From Phycisphaera mikurensis NBRC 102666 (lineage in GTDB: Bacteria > Planctomycetota > Phycisphaerae > Phycisphaerales > Phycisphaeraceae): 32,000 bases of DNA. Under the pieces are notes generated by a model. That model did no database searches and was not told the origin of the DNA. It saw nothing but the letters and a program-made list of their open reading frames with translations. The stretch is from NCBI RefSeq assembly GCF_000284115.1, contig NC_017080.1, positions 240,001-272,000 of the forward strand, given 5' to 3'. The position numbers and the translations under genes were made by a program. This document shows, piece after piece, positions 17,899-27,166 of the stretch. Within the stretch, counting starts at the first letter, position 1. Each line of letters opens with the position of its first letter.

Positions 17899-18924
17899 CT
17901 AGAAGGCCCACTCGAAGCGCAGCGACGCGCTCGCGACGCCGTCGGTCGTCCGCTGCGTCTCGAAGCGGTCGGTCAGCACCAGCTGCAGGTACTCGAAGGC
18001 GAATCGGGCGCGTTCGCCCTCCCACGCGAAGCGGAAGCCGCCGCCGAGCTCGCCCCGCCACGGCTCGCGCGACACCGACGCCGAGGGATCCCGCACGCTG
18101 CTGCCGTCGAGGAAGGTGTCCCACTGCACGTAGGAGCCGCCGGCTCGCCCGAAGAGGCCGGCGCGGAAGCCGGTGACGGCGGCGCCGGTGGCGGCGGGCG
18201 GGGCGAGCAGGCGGCCGGCGGAGAAGGAGTCGCCGAGGCGGTGCCCCAGCTCGACGTCGACGCCGGCGGAGGCGTAACGCTCGACGGTGCCGAGGCCGAA
18301 GCCGACCCGCGGGAGCACCCGCAGGCCCAGCGGCACGCCCCACGCGTCGATCTCGCCCAGCGGCACCCGCCACTCGCGGCGGTAGGTCAGCTGGGCCGCG
18401 AGCTCGTCGCCGAGCTGGTCGATCCAGTTGGGGTCCTCCTCGCCGATGAGATCGTGGACGGCCGACTGCGTCTCCTCGCCGAGCGCCGACGGGCCGACGA
18501 TCCCCAGGTCCAGCTGCAGGTGGTCGAGCGCGTCGCCGAGCTCCCGCTGCACGAAGACGCCGCCGTAGAGATAACCGGCGAAGGGCCGGTCGCCGGGATC
18601 ACGCGTCGGCGCGTCGATCACCTCCGGCGTGAAGAGCCGCTGGCCGCCGACGAGGCCCCAGGCCGTGCCCCGGTGGGCGAGGCCGAGCGCGTCGAACAGC
18701 GGGTCGGCCGCGTCGCCGTGGAAGGAGAGGATCGCGCCGGCGGCCGAGGTCTCGTGGCGGTCGGAATCGGCGTTCTCGCGGACGAAGCTGCCGTCGTTCT
18801 CGAAGGCCAGCGTGAGCGAGACGCGCAGCGGTGGCTCCGCCGCCGCGATCGCCTCGGCCGCTCGCGCCGCCGCGGCGGAGGCGAGCGGGAGGACCGCGAC
18901 GACGCAGGCGGGCACGATGCGCAC
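17899..18924 (-). CDS. Outer membrane lipid A deacylase LpxR-like (DUF2219) protein
   Basis: Signal peptide; FENDGSFVRENADSDRHETSAAG; PGDRPFAGYLYGGVFVQRELGDALDHLQLDLGIVGPSALGEETQSAVHDLIG; C-terminal beta-strand ending in F. Confidence 0.82.
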   Translation of the reverse strand: MRIVPACVVAVLPLASAAAARAAEAIAAAEPPLRVSLTLAFENDGSFVRENADSDRHETSAAGAILSFHGDAADPLFDALGLAHRGTAWGLVGGQRLFTPEVIDAPTRDPGDRPFAGYLYGGVFVQRELGDALDHLQLDLGIVGPSALGEETQSAVHDLIGEEDPNWIDQLGDELAAQLTYRREWRVPLGEIDAWGVPLGLRVLPRVGFGLGTVERYASAGVDVELGHRLGDSFSAGRLLAPPAATGAAVTGFRAGLFGRAGGSYVQWDTFLDGSSVRDPSASVSREPWRGELGGGFRFAWEGERARFAFEYLQLVLTDRFETQRTTDGVASASLRFEWAF

Positions 18925-19057
18925 GACGCGAGCATGGCAGAGATTCCGCGGACCGTGGCGGTTCCGGCGGTCCCGGGCCCACGGTCCGCGGGTTTTCGGC
19001 CCCGCTCCTTAAGGTCAGCCGCCTGCCCGCGCGACCGCAACGACCGATGACCCCGCC

Positions 19058-20110
19058 ATGGAAGGCCCGCAGACGCCCCAGACCGCTCCCCCGGAGGCCG
19101 CCGCCGTCTCGCCCGGGAAGCCGCGCCGCCGCGACGGCTTCCGCCGGCTGTTCATCCGCGGGCTGGCGATCGTGCTGCCCACGGTGCTCACGATCTGGCT
19201 GCTGAGCATCGCCTACGGCTTCGTCGACCAGCGGATCGGCGCCCCCATCAACGCCGGCCTCCGCGAGGTCGTCATCCGCTTCTCGGAGTGGCCGCCCGCC
19301 GCCGCCGACGATTACCGCGCCACCTTCGACCGCCTGCCGCAGGAGATCCGCGACGACTGGGAGGACGTGCTGGAGCGGTACGCCGCGTCGCGGGACCGCA
19401 CGATCAACCAGCTGCCCGCCGGCGACGTCCGCGCCCGCCAGCTGGAGTGGCAGCAGGAGCTCCCAATCGCCAAGCGGCTGGCCCGCCGCCACGCCTTCAT
19501 CGAGCTCTGGGACGACGCCAACCTCGGCGGCTGGCCGGTGCTCAACCTCATCGGCGTGGTGCTGGCGATCGTGCTCGTCTACATCCTGGGCGCGTTCCTC
19601 TCGCGGTCGATCGGCAAGCGGCTCTGGAAGATCGGCGAGGGGTACATCCAGCGCGTGCCGCTGGTCGGCCGCGTGTACCCGGCCTTCAAGCAGATCACCG
19701 ACTTCGTCTTCGGCGACGAGACCGAGGAGAAGCTCTCCTTCAACCGCGTCGTCGCCGTGGAGTACCCCCGCCGCGGCCTCTGGTCGGTCGGCATGGTCAC
19801 CGGCAACACGCTGCGGACGATCCAGGACGCCGCCGGCCGCGAGTGCCTCACCGTCTTCGTGCCCAGCTCGCCGACGCCCTTCACCGGTTACGTCATCACC
19901 ACCCCCGTGGACGAGACGGTCGAGCTGCCGATCACCGTCGAAGACGCCTTGAAGTTTGCCGTCTCCGGCGGCGTGGTCGTCCCGCCCGCGGAGCTGATCG
20001 ACACCCCCACCGGCACCGCCGGCCGCCGCCCCGCGGCCGCGTTCGCTCCCGCCACTGCGCCGGCCGACGCCCCCACCCCGCCGCCGCCGGCCCCGTCGCT
20101 TCCCGCCTGA
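19058..20110 (+). CDS. DUF502 family membrane protein
   Basis: RRLFIRGLAIVLPTVLTIWLLSIAYGFVDQRIG...GRVYPAFKQITDFVFG...FNRVVAVEYPRRGLWSVGMVTG...VFVPSSPTPFTGYVITTPVDETVELPITVEDALKFAVSGGVVVP. Confidence 0.9.
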   Translation: MEGPQTPQTAPPEAAAVSPGKPRRRDGFRRLFIRGLAIVLPTVLTIWLLSIAYGFVDQRIGAPINAGLREVVIRFSEWPPAAADDYRATFDRLPQEIRDDWEDVLERYAASRDRTINQLPAGDVRARQLEWQQELPIAKRLARRHAFIELWDDANLGGWPVLNLIGVVLAIVLVYILGAFLSRSIGKRLWKIGEGYIQRVPLVGRVYPAFKQITDFVFGDETEEKLSFNRVVAVEYPRRGLWSVGMVTGNTLRTIQDAAGRECLTVFVPSSPTPFTGYVITTPVDETVELPITVEDALKFAVSGGVVVPPAELIDTPTGTAGRRPAAAFAPATAPADAPTPPPPAPSLPA

Positions 20111-20144
20111 GTCCTCCCGCCCGCCACCCTCCCGGAGCCACCCT

Positions 20145-20438
20145 TTGAACGTCCACATCACCCACAAGCAGCTCGAGCTCACCGACTCCATCACCGCCTA
20201 CGTGAAGCAGCGGGCCGAGAAGCTGCCGAAGTACTGGAGCCGGGTGACGCGGGCGGACGTCGACATGGAGAAGCGGGGCGGCCACACCTACTGGGTCGAG
20301 TTCATCGTCCACGCCGAGGGCCACGACCCGTTCGTGTCGCACCACAAGCACGACGACCTCTACGCCTGCATCGACGAGGCGGCCAGCCGGGCGGAGCGGC
20401 AGCTCCGCGACCACCACGCCAAGCTCACGCACCACTGA
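20145..20438 (+). CDS. hpf: Ribosome hibernation promoting factor / RaiA-family (short form)
   Basis: 97 aa MNVHITHKQLELTDSITAYVKQRAEKLPKYWSRVTRADVDMEKRGGHTYWVEFIVHAEG...DDLYACIDEAASRAERQLRDHHAKL. Confidence 0.9.
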   Translation: MNVHITHKQLELTDSITAYVKQRAEKLPKYWSRVTRADVDMEKRGGHTYWVEFIVHAEGHDPFVSHHKHDDLYACIDEAASRAERQLRDHHAKLTHH

Positions 20439-20460
20439 GGGGCCGCCGCCGGAGGCGGAG

Positions 20461-20937
20461 TCAGATCTTCCCGTCCCAGTTCGCGGGCAGGAGCAGCACG
20501 GGCAGGTCGGTCTGGCGGATGAGGTTCGCCGGCACGTCCCCGGCGATCAGCCGCTTGAGGACGCCCTTGCCCGTGAGGCCCAGGACGATGCACGTGCAGC
20601 CCTTCGCCCGGGCGGTGTTGAGGATCGCCTTGGGGGTGTCGTCGGAGAGCAGCATCACGCCGTCGCACTCGACGCCGGCTTCCCGCAGCCCCTTGGTGAG
20701 CAGGCCCAGCGTCTGCTCGCCGCGCTCGGTCGCGTCGCTCTCGGCGTCGTCGTCGTCCTGCAGCGTGGCGACGTGAGCCACCAGCACCTCGGCGTTGAGC
20801 CGGGCGGCGAGGTCGGCGATGGGGCCCACGAGCTTCTCGCTCGCCCAGGGCGAGCTCACCGAGACCAGCATCCGGCTGGGTCGCGCGGCGGAGGGGCCGG
20901 GGGCGTTCGCGTCGGACGGGGCGGCGTTCTCGGGCAA
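20461..20937 (-). CDS. Universal stress protein (UspA-like)
   Basis: MLVSVSSPWASEKLVGPIADLAARLNAEVLVAHV...CTCIVLGLTGKGVLKRLIAGDVPANLIRQTDLPVLLLP. Confidence 0.88.
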   Translation of the reverse strand: MPENAAPSDANAPGPSAARPSRMLVSVSSPWASEKLVGPIADLAARLNAEVLVAHVATLQDDDDAESDATERGEQTLGLLTKGLREAGVECDGVMLLSDDTPKAILNTARAKGCTCIVLGLTGKGVLKRLIAGDVPANLIRQTDLPVLLLPANWDGKI

Positions 20938-20994
20938 GGGGAGCGGCCTTCGGGGAGACTTCGGGCGCGACCGGAGCCCGGCGCGGCCGGGACT

Positions 20995-21516
20995 TTACCC
21001 CGGTCGGCCGGCCGGGGTGCCCGCGGGAACGCCCCGCGCTTCCTCCAGGCCCGCGACCCACTCGAGGTAGCGGTACGCGATGCCGTGCGCGGCGTGCAAC
21101 GCCTTGAGCTCCGAGAGGTACCGCTCGTAGAGCTCGTGCTGCCAGCGCTGGGTGCCGTGCTGGCAGAAGAAGACGCGGCAGCCCAGCGGCCGCACCCCGT
21201 GTGCGGTGCAGGCCTCGCCCACCTGCCAGGGGCAGTCACCCGCGCGCGTGCGGCCCAGCTGCGGGAGGGCGAGGCCGGCCGGTTCCGGGGGCGGCGGGAC
21301 GCGCGACAGGAACCAGGCGATCTCCAGCGCGGTCACGTACAGCCGGTGCCCGAAGTCGTGGAAGTGGCAGCACTTCCCCGACTGCCAGCAGGTCGGGCCC
21401 CGCTCCGCCACCGCCGCGTCGAGGCCGGCGTACAGCGACCGGATCGCCGCGTCGACGGCGGGCGTGGCGGCGGCGGCGTGCCAGGCGTGCCAGGGGGAGT
21501 GGGCGTCGTGGCTCAT
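20995..21516 (-). CDS. YkgJ-family cysteine cluster protein
   Basis: CWQSGKCCHFHDFGHRLYVTALEIAWFL...GDCPWQVGEACTAHGVRPLGCRVFFC. Confidence 0.85.
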   Translation of the reverse strand: MSHDAHSPWHAWHAAAATPAVDAAIRSLYAGLDAAVAERGPTCWQSGKCCHFHDFGHRLYVTALEIAWFLSRVPPPPEPAGLALPQLGRTRAGDCPWQVGEACTAHGVRPLGCRVFFCQHGTQRWQHELYERYLSELKALHAAHGIAYRYLEWVAGLEEARGVPAGTPAGRPG

Positions 21517-21556
21517 GGTGGCGGGGGGCGACGCCCGGAGATCCTCAGGACGCGGC

Positions 21557-22036
21557 TCACAGCCCCGGCGGGTTGCTCGCCGCCGTCACGCGGATGTCCG
21601 CCGCCGGGACGAAGTTGCCGCCCGGCTCGCCGGGCACCTTCATGCCGGGGCAGTGCGCGGCGGCCTCCCGCCAGCTCCGCTCGGTCTTGAGGTTGCTCGC
21701 CCAGAAGGGCCAGGTCCGGCACTGGGTCGGCCGCAGCGCGTACACGCCGCACTTGCCATGGCCTCGCTCGTCGCGCACGAGGAAGACGCAGTCGTGATCG
21801 CGGCCGCGCCGCACCTCGTCGAGCGTCCACCGGCCGTGCTTCCGCTTCGCGTACTTCTGCCGGAAGTCGAAGCGCGAGAGGCCGAAGTGGTCGGCCAGCG
21901 CCTGCTCCTCCTCGTCGTCGTACCACACGTACCCCGGCGGCCCCGTGCAGCAGCCGCCGCAGGCGGTGCAGGCGAAGGACAGGCCGGCCCCGTACCAGGT
22001 GGTCTGTTCTTCCGCGGCAGGAGGAGGATTCGGCAC
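21557..22036 (-). CDS. YkgJ-family cysteine cluster protein (second copy)
   Basis: FACTACGGCCTGPPGYVWYDDEEEQALADHFGLS...CVFLVRDERGHGKCGVYALRPTQCRTWPFW. Confidence 0.87.
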   Translation of the reverse strand: MPNPPPAAEEQTTWYGAGLSFACTACGGCCTGPPGYVWYDDEEEQALADHFGLSRFDFRQKYAKRKHGRWTLDEVRRGRDHDCVFLVRDERGHGKCGVYALRPTQCRTWPFWASNLKTERSWREAAAHCPGMKVPGEPGGNFVPAADIRVTAASNPPGL

Positions 22037-22055
22037 CGACGCGAGGTTAGCGCAC

Positions 22056-22197
22056 CGTGCGCAATTCTCCGATCGCCTCTGCGGGCGAGTCGTGCCCCTC
22101 GCTTCGTCGGCTGCATCGCCCTGCCGGGGCAGGGCTGCTTCGCCTCCTCACGAGGAACACGACGCGCGGACGCAGGCCGATCGGAAAATTGCGCACG
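22056..22197. repeat. 142-bp imperfect palindromic element (MITE/REP-like)
   Basis: 20-nt terminal inverted repeats CGTGCGCAATTCTCCGATCG / CGATCGGAAAATTGCGCACG (19/20), secondary inner match (...GCGAGTCGTGCCCCTCG / rc GCGCGTCGTGTTCCTCG) and a central hairpin GCCCTGCC-GG-GGCAGGGC (22118-22135) centred exactly on the midpoint of the termini. Confidence 0.7.
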
Positions 22198-22286
22198 ATG
22201 CTCTAGGAGCGAGAAGGCAGCGGCCGGGACGCCGGAAGGCCGCGGCGCTCGTTGCGTCGGGTGTATTCTTCGGCCTTCCAAGCCCT

Positions 22287-22370
22287 GCCGGAGTGGCGGA
22301 ATTGGCATACGCGGTGGATTCAAAATCCACTGACCGCAAGGTCTTGTGGGTTCGAGTCCCACCTCCGGTA
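22287..22370 (+). tRNA. tRNA-Leu (CAA)
   Basis: GCCGGAGTGGCGGAATTGGCATACGC ... anticodon stem GTGGA-TTCAAAA-TCCAC (anticodon CAA), long variable arm GACC-GCAA-GGTC, T-arm GTGGGTTCGAGTCCCAC, acceptor CTCCGGT + A; CCA not encoded. Confidence 0.96.
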
Positions 22371-22385
22371 CTCGCTGAGTTTCTC

Positions 22386-22832
22386 ATGCCCGAACCCCCG
22401 CCGAAGCCGTGCCGCATCGGATGGCGTGAGCGGGTTGCGTTGCCCGACCTGCACATCCGCGGGATGCTCGCCAAGGCCGACACCGGCGCCCGCACCGGCG
22501 CGATCGACGTCGTGTCCTTCGAGGAGCTGCCCGGTGAGCGGGTCCGCTTCCGGGTCGCGCTCTCGCGGGAGGACCGCACGAGGACCCGGGAGCTGGAGGC
22601 GCCCATCCGCCGCCGCTCCGGGGTCAAGAGCGCCCACGGCAAGACGCAGCAGCGGCTCTTCATCGAGACCACGCTCGTGCTCGCCGGCATCACCAAGACG
22701 ATCGAGCTGTCGCTGGCGAAGCGTGCCGACCTCCGTCACCGCCTGCTGCTCGGCCGCGCCGCGCTCTCCCCGGAGTTCCTCGTCGATTCGGGGCGAACCT
22801 TCGTTGTCTCCACCCCGCACCGACGGGGCTGA
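22386..22832 (+). CDS. Retropepsin-like 'ATP-dependent zinc protease' family protein (RimK-associated)
   Basis: MPEPPPKPCRIGWRERVALPDLHIRGMLAKADTGARTGAIDVV...(A)KADTGA catalytic-type motif; RHRLLLGRAALSPEFLVDSGRTFVV; directly upstream of rimK. Confidence 0.88.
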   Translation: MPEPPPKPCRIGWRERVALPDLHIRGMLAKADTGARTGAIDVVSFEELPGERVRFRVALSREDRTRTRELEAPIRRRSGVKSAHGKTQQRLFIETTLVLAGITKTIELSLAKRADLRHRLLLGRAALSPEFLVDSGRTFVVSTPHRRG

Positions 22833-22895
22833 GTCGTTCATGCCCCACCCGATCCTCCCGCGAAGCGGGCCCGCCCGGGTCCAAGGACAAGCCTC

Positions 22896-24026
22896 TTGAA
22901 GCTGCTGACACTCTCCCGCAACCCCCGCGGCTACACGCTGCGTCGCCTCCGCGAAGCCGCCCACGCCCGCGGCCACAAGCTGCTCTCGCGGGACCCGCTG
23001 AACTTCAGCATCCACGTCGAGCGGAACGCGCCGAGCGTCGTCTACAAGGGCGAGCCGTTCGCCGCGGTCGACGCGGTGATCCCGCGGATCGGGGCGAGCA
23101 TCACCCACTACGGCACGGCCGTGGTGCGGCAGTTCGAGCAGATGGGCGTCCCGGTGCTGAACACCTCGGCGAGCATCACCACCAGTCGCGACAAGCTCCG
23201 CTCGATGCAGATCCTCTCGCGGCACGACGTGGGCCTGCCCGCGTCGGCCTTCGTCCGCCGCAAGCAGGACGTGCTGACGACCATCCGGAGCCTCGGCGGG
23301 GCCCCGGTCATCATCAAGCTGCTCGAGGGCAGCCAGGGCGTCGGCGTCATCCTGGCCGATTCGGAGAAGGTCGCCGAGGCCATCGTCGAGACGCTGCAGA
23401 GCGCCAAGCAGAACGTGCTGCTGCAGAAGTTCGTCAGCGAGAGCAAAGGCCGCGACATCCGCGCCTTCGTGATCGGCGGCCGCGTCGTGGCGGCCATGCG
23501 TCGCAAGGCCGCCGGCAACGAGTTCCGCAGCAACGTGCACCGCGGCGGCAGCACCGAGGCGGTGACGCTGTCGCCGGAGTTCGAGACCTGCGCCGTGAAG
23601 GCGGCGCAGATCATGGGCCTCCGCATCGCCGGCGTGGACATGCTCGAGGGCGCCGACGGCCCGCAGGTGATGGAGGTGAACTCCAGCCCCGGGCTCGAGG
23701 GGATCGAGGGTGCGACCGGCATCGACATCGCCGGCGCGATGATCGAGCACGCCGAGGACATGGCCGAGCTCCCCGACATCGACGTCCGCCAGCGGCTGAC
23801 GCTCAAGAGCGGCTACGGCGTCGCCGACGTGATCGCCGGCGAGGGCTTCGCCTTCGTCGGGCAGACCATCGCCGAGGCCGCCTTCCGCGAACGCGAGGTG
23901 CTCGTGCTCTCGATCACCCGCGGCAGCGTGGTGATCCCGGCGCCCAAGGGCGACGTGCCGATCCTCGAGGGCGACAAGCTGCTCTGCTACGGCAAGCTGC
24001 TCACGATCAAGACCCTCGGCACGTGA
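22896..24026 (+). CDS. rimK: RimK-family ATP-grasp ligase with C-terminal RCK_C/TrkA_C-like extension
   Basis: MKLLTLSRNPRGYTLRRLREAAHARGH..., RIGASITHYGTAVVRQFEQMGVPVLN, SRDKLRSMQILSRHDVGLP, KLLEGSQGVGVILA, RAFVIGGRVVAAMRR, VMEVNSSPGLEGIEG; then GFAFVGQTIAEAAFREREVLVLSITRGSVVIPAPKGDVPILEGDKLLCYG. Confidence 0.94.
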   Translation: MKLLTLSRNPRGYTLRRLREAAHARGHKLLSRDPLNFSIHVERNAPSVVYKGEPFAAVDAVIPRIGASITHYGTAVVRQFEQMGVPVLNTSASITTSRDKLRSMQILSRHDVGLPASAFVRRKQDVLTTIRSLGGAPVIIKLLEGSQGVGVILADSEKVAEAIVETLQSAKQNVLLQKFVSESKGRDIRAFVIGGRVVAAMRRKAAGNEFRSNVHRGGSTEAVTLSPEFETCAVKAAQIMGLRIAGVDMLEGADGPQVMEVNSSPGLEGIEGATGIDIAGAMIEHAEDMAELPDIDVRQRLTLKSGYGVADVIAGEGFAFVGQTIAEAAFREREVLVLSITRGSVVIPAPKGDVPILEGDKLLCYGKLLTIKTLGT

Positions 24027-24102
24027 GGGCGCCGCTTCGCGGGGGGGGCGCCGCCGCCGCGCGAGCGTGCCGCCCGCGGCATTCCTCGGGTAGCGTCCCC
24101 GC

Positions 24103-25134
<1,032 letters not shown>

Positions 25135-25176
25135 GCCGCGGCCCCCGGCTCTCGCGACCGCCGTGCCCCGGGAGCG

Positions 25177-26433
25177 GTGCGCCCGCCGCGTAGCTTTGCC
25201 CGCGTGCCGGAGGCCCCAACCGAGCCCAAGCCCGAGCCCGAGCTCCTCCTCGCCGCGGCCGTTTGCGATCCGTGGGGCGAGCTCTTCCGGCCGGGCGCAC
25301 TCGCGGTCCGCGGCGGCGAGGTCGCGGCGTGGGGACCGGCCGACGATTTGGAGCGGACCTGGGCCGGCGCCCGCCGCGTCGATCTCGGGCCGGTGGTGGT
25401 CCTGCCGGGCATGGTGAACGCGCACGCGCACCTCGACCTCGCCGGGCGCGGGCCGCGGCCGTACGGCGGGGACTTCCTGGGCTGGGTCCGCGCGGAGGTG
25501 CTGCCCATGCGCCGCGCCGCCCCGGGGCCCGCGCTGGCGGCGGTTCGCGCGGCCGCGGCCGCGTCGCTCGCCGCGGGCGTGGAGGCGATCGGCGACGTGG
25601 CGGGCGTGCCTGGAGCGCGGGCGGCGCTGCGGGGCACCGGGCTGCGGGGCGTCTCCTACGAGGAGGTGTTTGGGCTGCGGCCCGCCGCGGTGGAGCGGCT
25701 GGCCGGGCGCGCGGCCGAGGTGGCGGCCGAGGGCGAGGCCGGCGGCGTCGCGCCCGGCTTGCAGCCGCACGCGCCGTACTCCGTGTCCCCGGCGGGCTAC
25801 GCGGCGTGCGTGGGCACCGGCTTGCGCCTCTCGACCCACCTGGCGGAGCTCGCCGAGGAAGCCGAGCTGGTGGCCCGCGGCACCGGCCCGATGCGGGCGA
25901 TGCTCGGGGAAGCCGGCCTCTGGGGCCCGGAGCTGGAGGAGGCCTACGGCGGCGGCCGCTCGCCGGTGGCCTGGCTGGCTCCGTCGCTCGCCGCGGCGGC
26001 GGGGCGGTTCGTCGTCGCCCACGCGAACCACGTGAGCGACGAGGACATCGCCACGCTCGCCGCCACCGGCACCTCGGTCGCGTACTGCCCGGTCGCTTCG
26101 GCCTATTTCGGCCACCGCGGCCACCGCCACCGCGAGCTGCTCGACGCGGGCGTCAACGTCGCCCTCGGCACCGACTCGGTGCTGTGCCAGCCGCCCGACG
26201 AGCCGCAGCCCCACGGCATCCTCCCGCAGGTCCGCACGCTCCTTCGCCGCGACGGCACCGAGCCCGCGACGCTCGTGCGGATGGCGTGCGCCAACGGCTT
26301 CGCGGCGCTGGGGCTCCCGGTGCGGACGACGCGTCTGCTGCTGCTGCCGGTGGACGCCGACGCCGGCGACCCGCTGCGTCGGGCGCTCGCGGGCGGCGCG
26401 CCGCCGCGGACCGTGGCCCTCGGCCCCGTCTGA
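25177..26433 (+). CDS. Amidohydrolase family protein (TrzA/AtzA/SsnA-like deaminase)
   Basis: VVLPGMVNAHAHLDL, LQPHAPYSVSPAGY, LSTHLAELAEE, FVVAHANHVSDEDIATLAATGTSVAYCPVASAYFGH, NVALGTDSVL. Start ambiguous (GTG 25177 or GTG 25204). Confidence 0.9.
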   Translation: MRPPRSFARVPEAPTEPKPEPELLLAAAVCDPWGELFRPGALAVRGGEVAAWGPADDLERTWAGARRVDLGPVVVLPGMVNAHAHLDLAGRGPRPYGGDFLGWVRAEVLPMRRAAPGPALAAVRAAAAASLAAGVEAIGDVAGVPGARAALRGTGLRGVSYEEVFGLRPAAVERLAGRAAEVAAEGEAGGVAPGLQPHAPYSVSPAGYAACVGTGLRLSTHLAELAEEAELVARGTGPMRAMLGEAGLWGPELEEAYGGGRSPVAWLAPSLAAAAGRFVVAHANHVSDEDIATLAATGTSVAYCPVASAYFGHRGHRHRELLDAGVNVALGTDSVLCQPPDEPQPHGILPQVRTLLRRDGTEPATLVRMACANGFAALGLPVRTTRLLLLPVDADAGDPLRRALAGGAPPRTVALGPV

Positions 26434-26434
26434 G

Positions 26435-26451
26435 CCCCGCGGTCCGCGGGG
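26435..26451 (+). terminator. Possible GC-only hairpin after the amidohydrolase gene (CCCCGCGG-T-CCGCGGGG)
   Basis: Perfect 8-bp arms 1 nt downstream of the stop codon; no T-tract, so termination function is uncertain. Confidence 0.35.
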
Positions 26452-26560
26452 GGGGCGTTGGTGCCGTACGCGAATCCGCGCGCAGGCCATTGCCCCACGC
26501 CCCACAGCGGGTTAGGTTCCCAGCGGCATCCGCTGTTTCCCCCCCCCTCGGCCTCCGCTC

Positions 26561-27079
26561 ATGGCTCCCAGCCCCGCCCCCGCAGACGTCTCCAGCCCCC
26601 CTAGCTCCCCCGGCCCGATCGCGCAGGCGCTGGGCAACATCCCCGGCGGCGTCTGGGTGCTGACCTCCCGCGTGGACGATCGGCGGCGGGGCCTGCTGGT
26701 GGGCCGCGTGCAGCAGCTGGGCTCGCGCCCGCCGGTGGTGGCCGTCGCGGTGCCCAAGGGCGAGCCGATCATGCCGCTGCTCTCCGACAGCGGCCGCTTC
26801 GCGCTGTGCCAGCTCGGCGAGGAGGACCGCCGCATCCGCCGCAAGTTCTCCACCGAGCCCGAAGAGGACGAGGACCCCTTCCTCGGCCTGCGGCTGGCGG
26901 ATCCCCGGCAGGCGGGGTTGCCGATCGTCGAGACGACCGTCGGCCACCTCGAGTGCTCGATCGTCCGTCACCTCGACTTCGAGGGCGACCACGACCTGTT
27001 CATCGGCGAGGTCGTCTCCGCGCGACGCGGCGCCGGCCTTCCGCTCGTGCGGCTGCGGGATGACGGCTTGGAGGCCTGA
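26561..27079 (+). CDS. Flavin reductase-like domain protein
   Basis: IAQALGNIPGGVWVLTSRVDDRRRGLLVGRVQQLGSRPPVVAVAVPKGEPIMPLLSDSGRFALCQLGEEDRRIRRKF...HDLFIGEVVSARR. Confidence 0.85.
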   Translation: MAPSPAPADVSSPPSSPGPIAQALGNIPGGVWVLTSRVDDRRRGLLVGRVQQLGSRPPVVAVAVPKGEPIMPLLSDSGRFALCQLGEEDRRIRRKFSTEPEEDEDPFLGLRLADPRQAGLPIVETTVGHLECSIVRHLDFEGDHDLFIGEVVSARRGAGLPLVRLRDDGLEA

Positions 27080-27166
27080 GCGCGGCACGCCGCCGGCGCG
27101 CGTCTCGCCTCCCTGGAGCGCAGCATCGGTCCGTGCCCCCGTGCCCCGCGGGGCTAGCGGTTCCCG

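Noticed and set aside
26521-26535. CAGCGG-CAT-CCGCTG hairpin followed by TTTCCCCCCCC before the flavin reductase gene
   Set aside because: Short stem, T-run of only 3, and located just upstream of a same-strand start; too weak to call a terminator or riboswitch.
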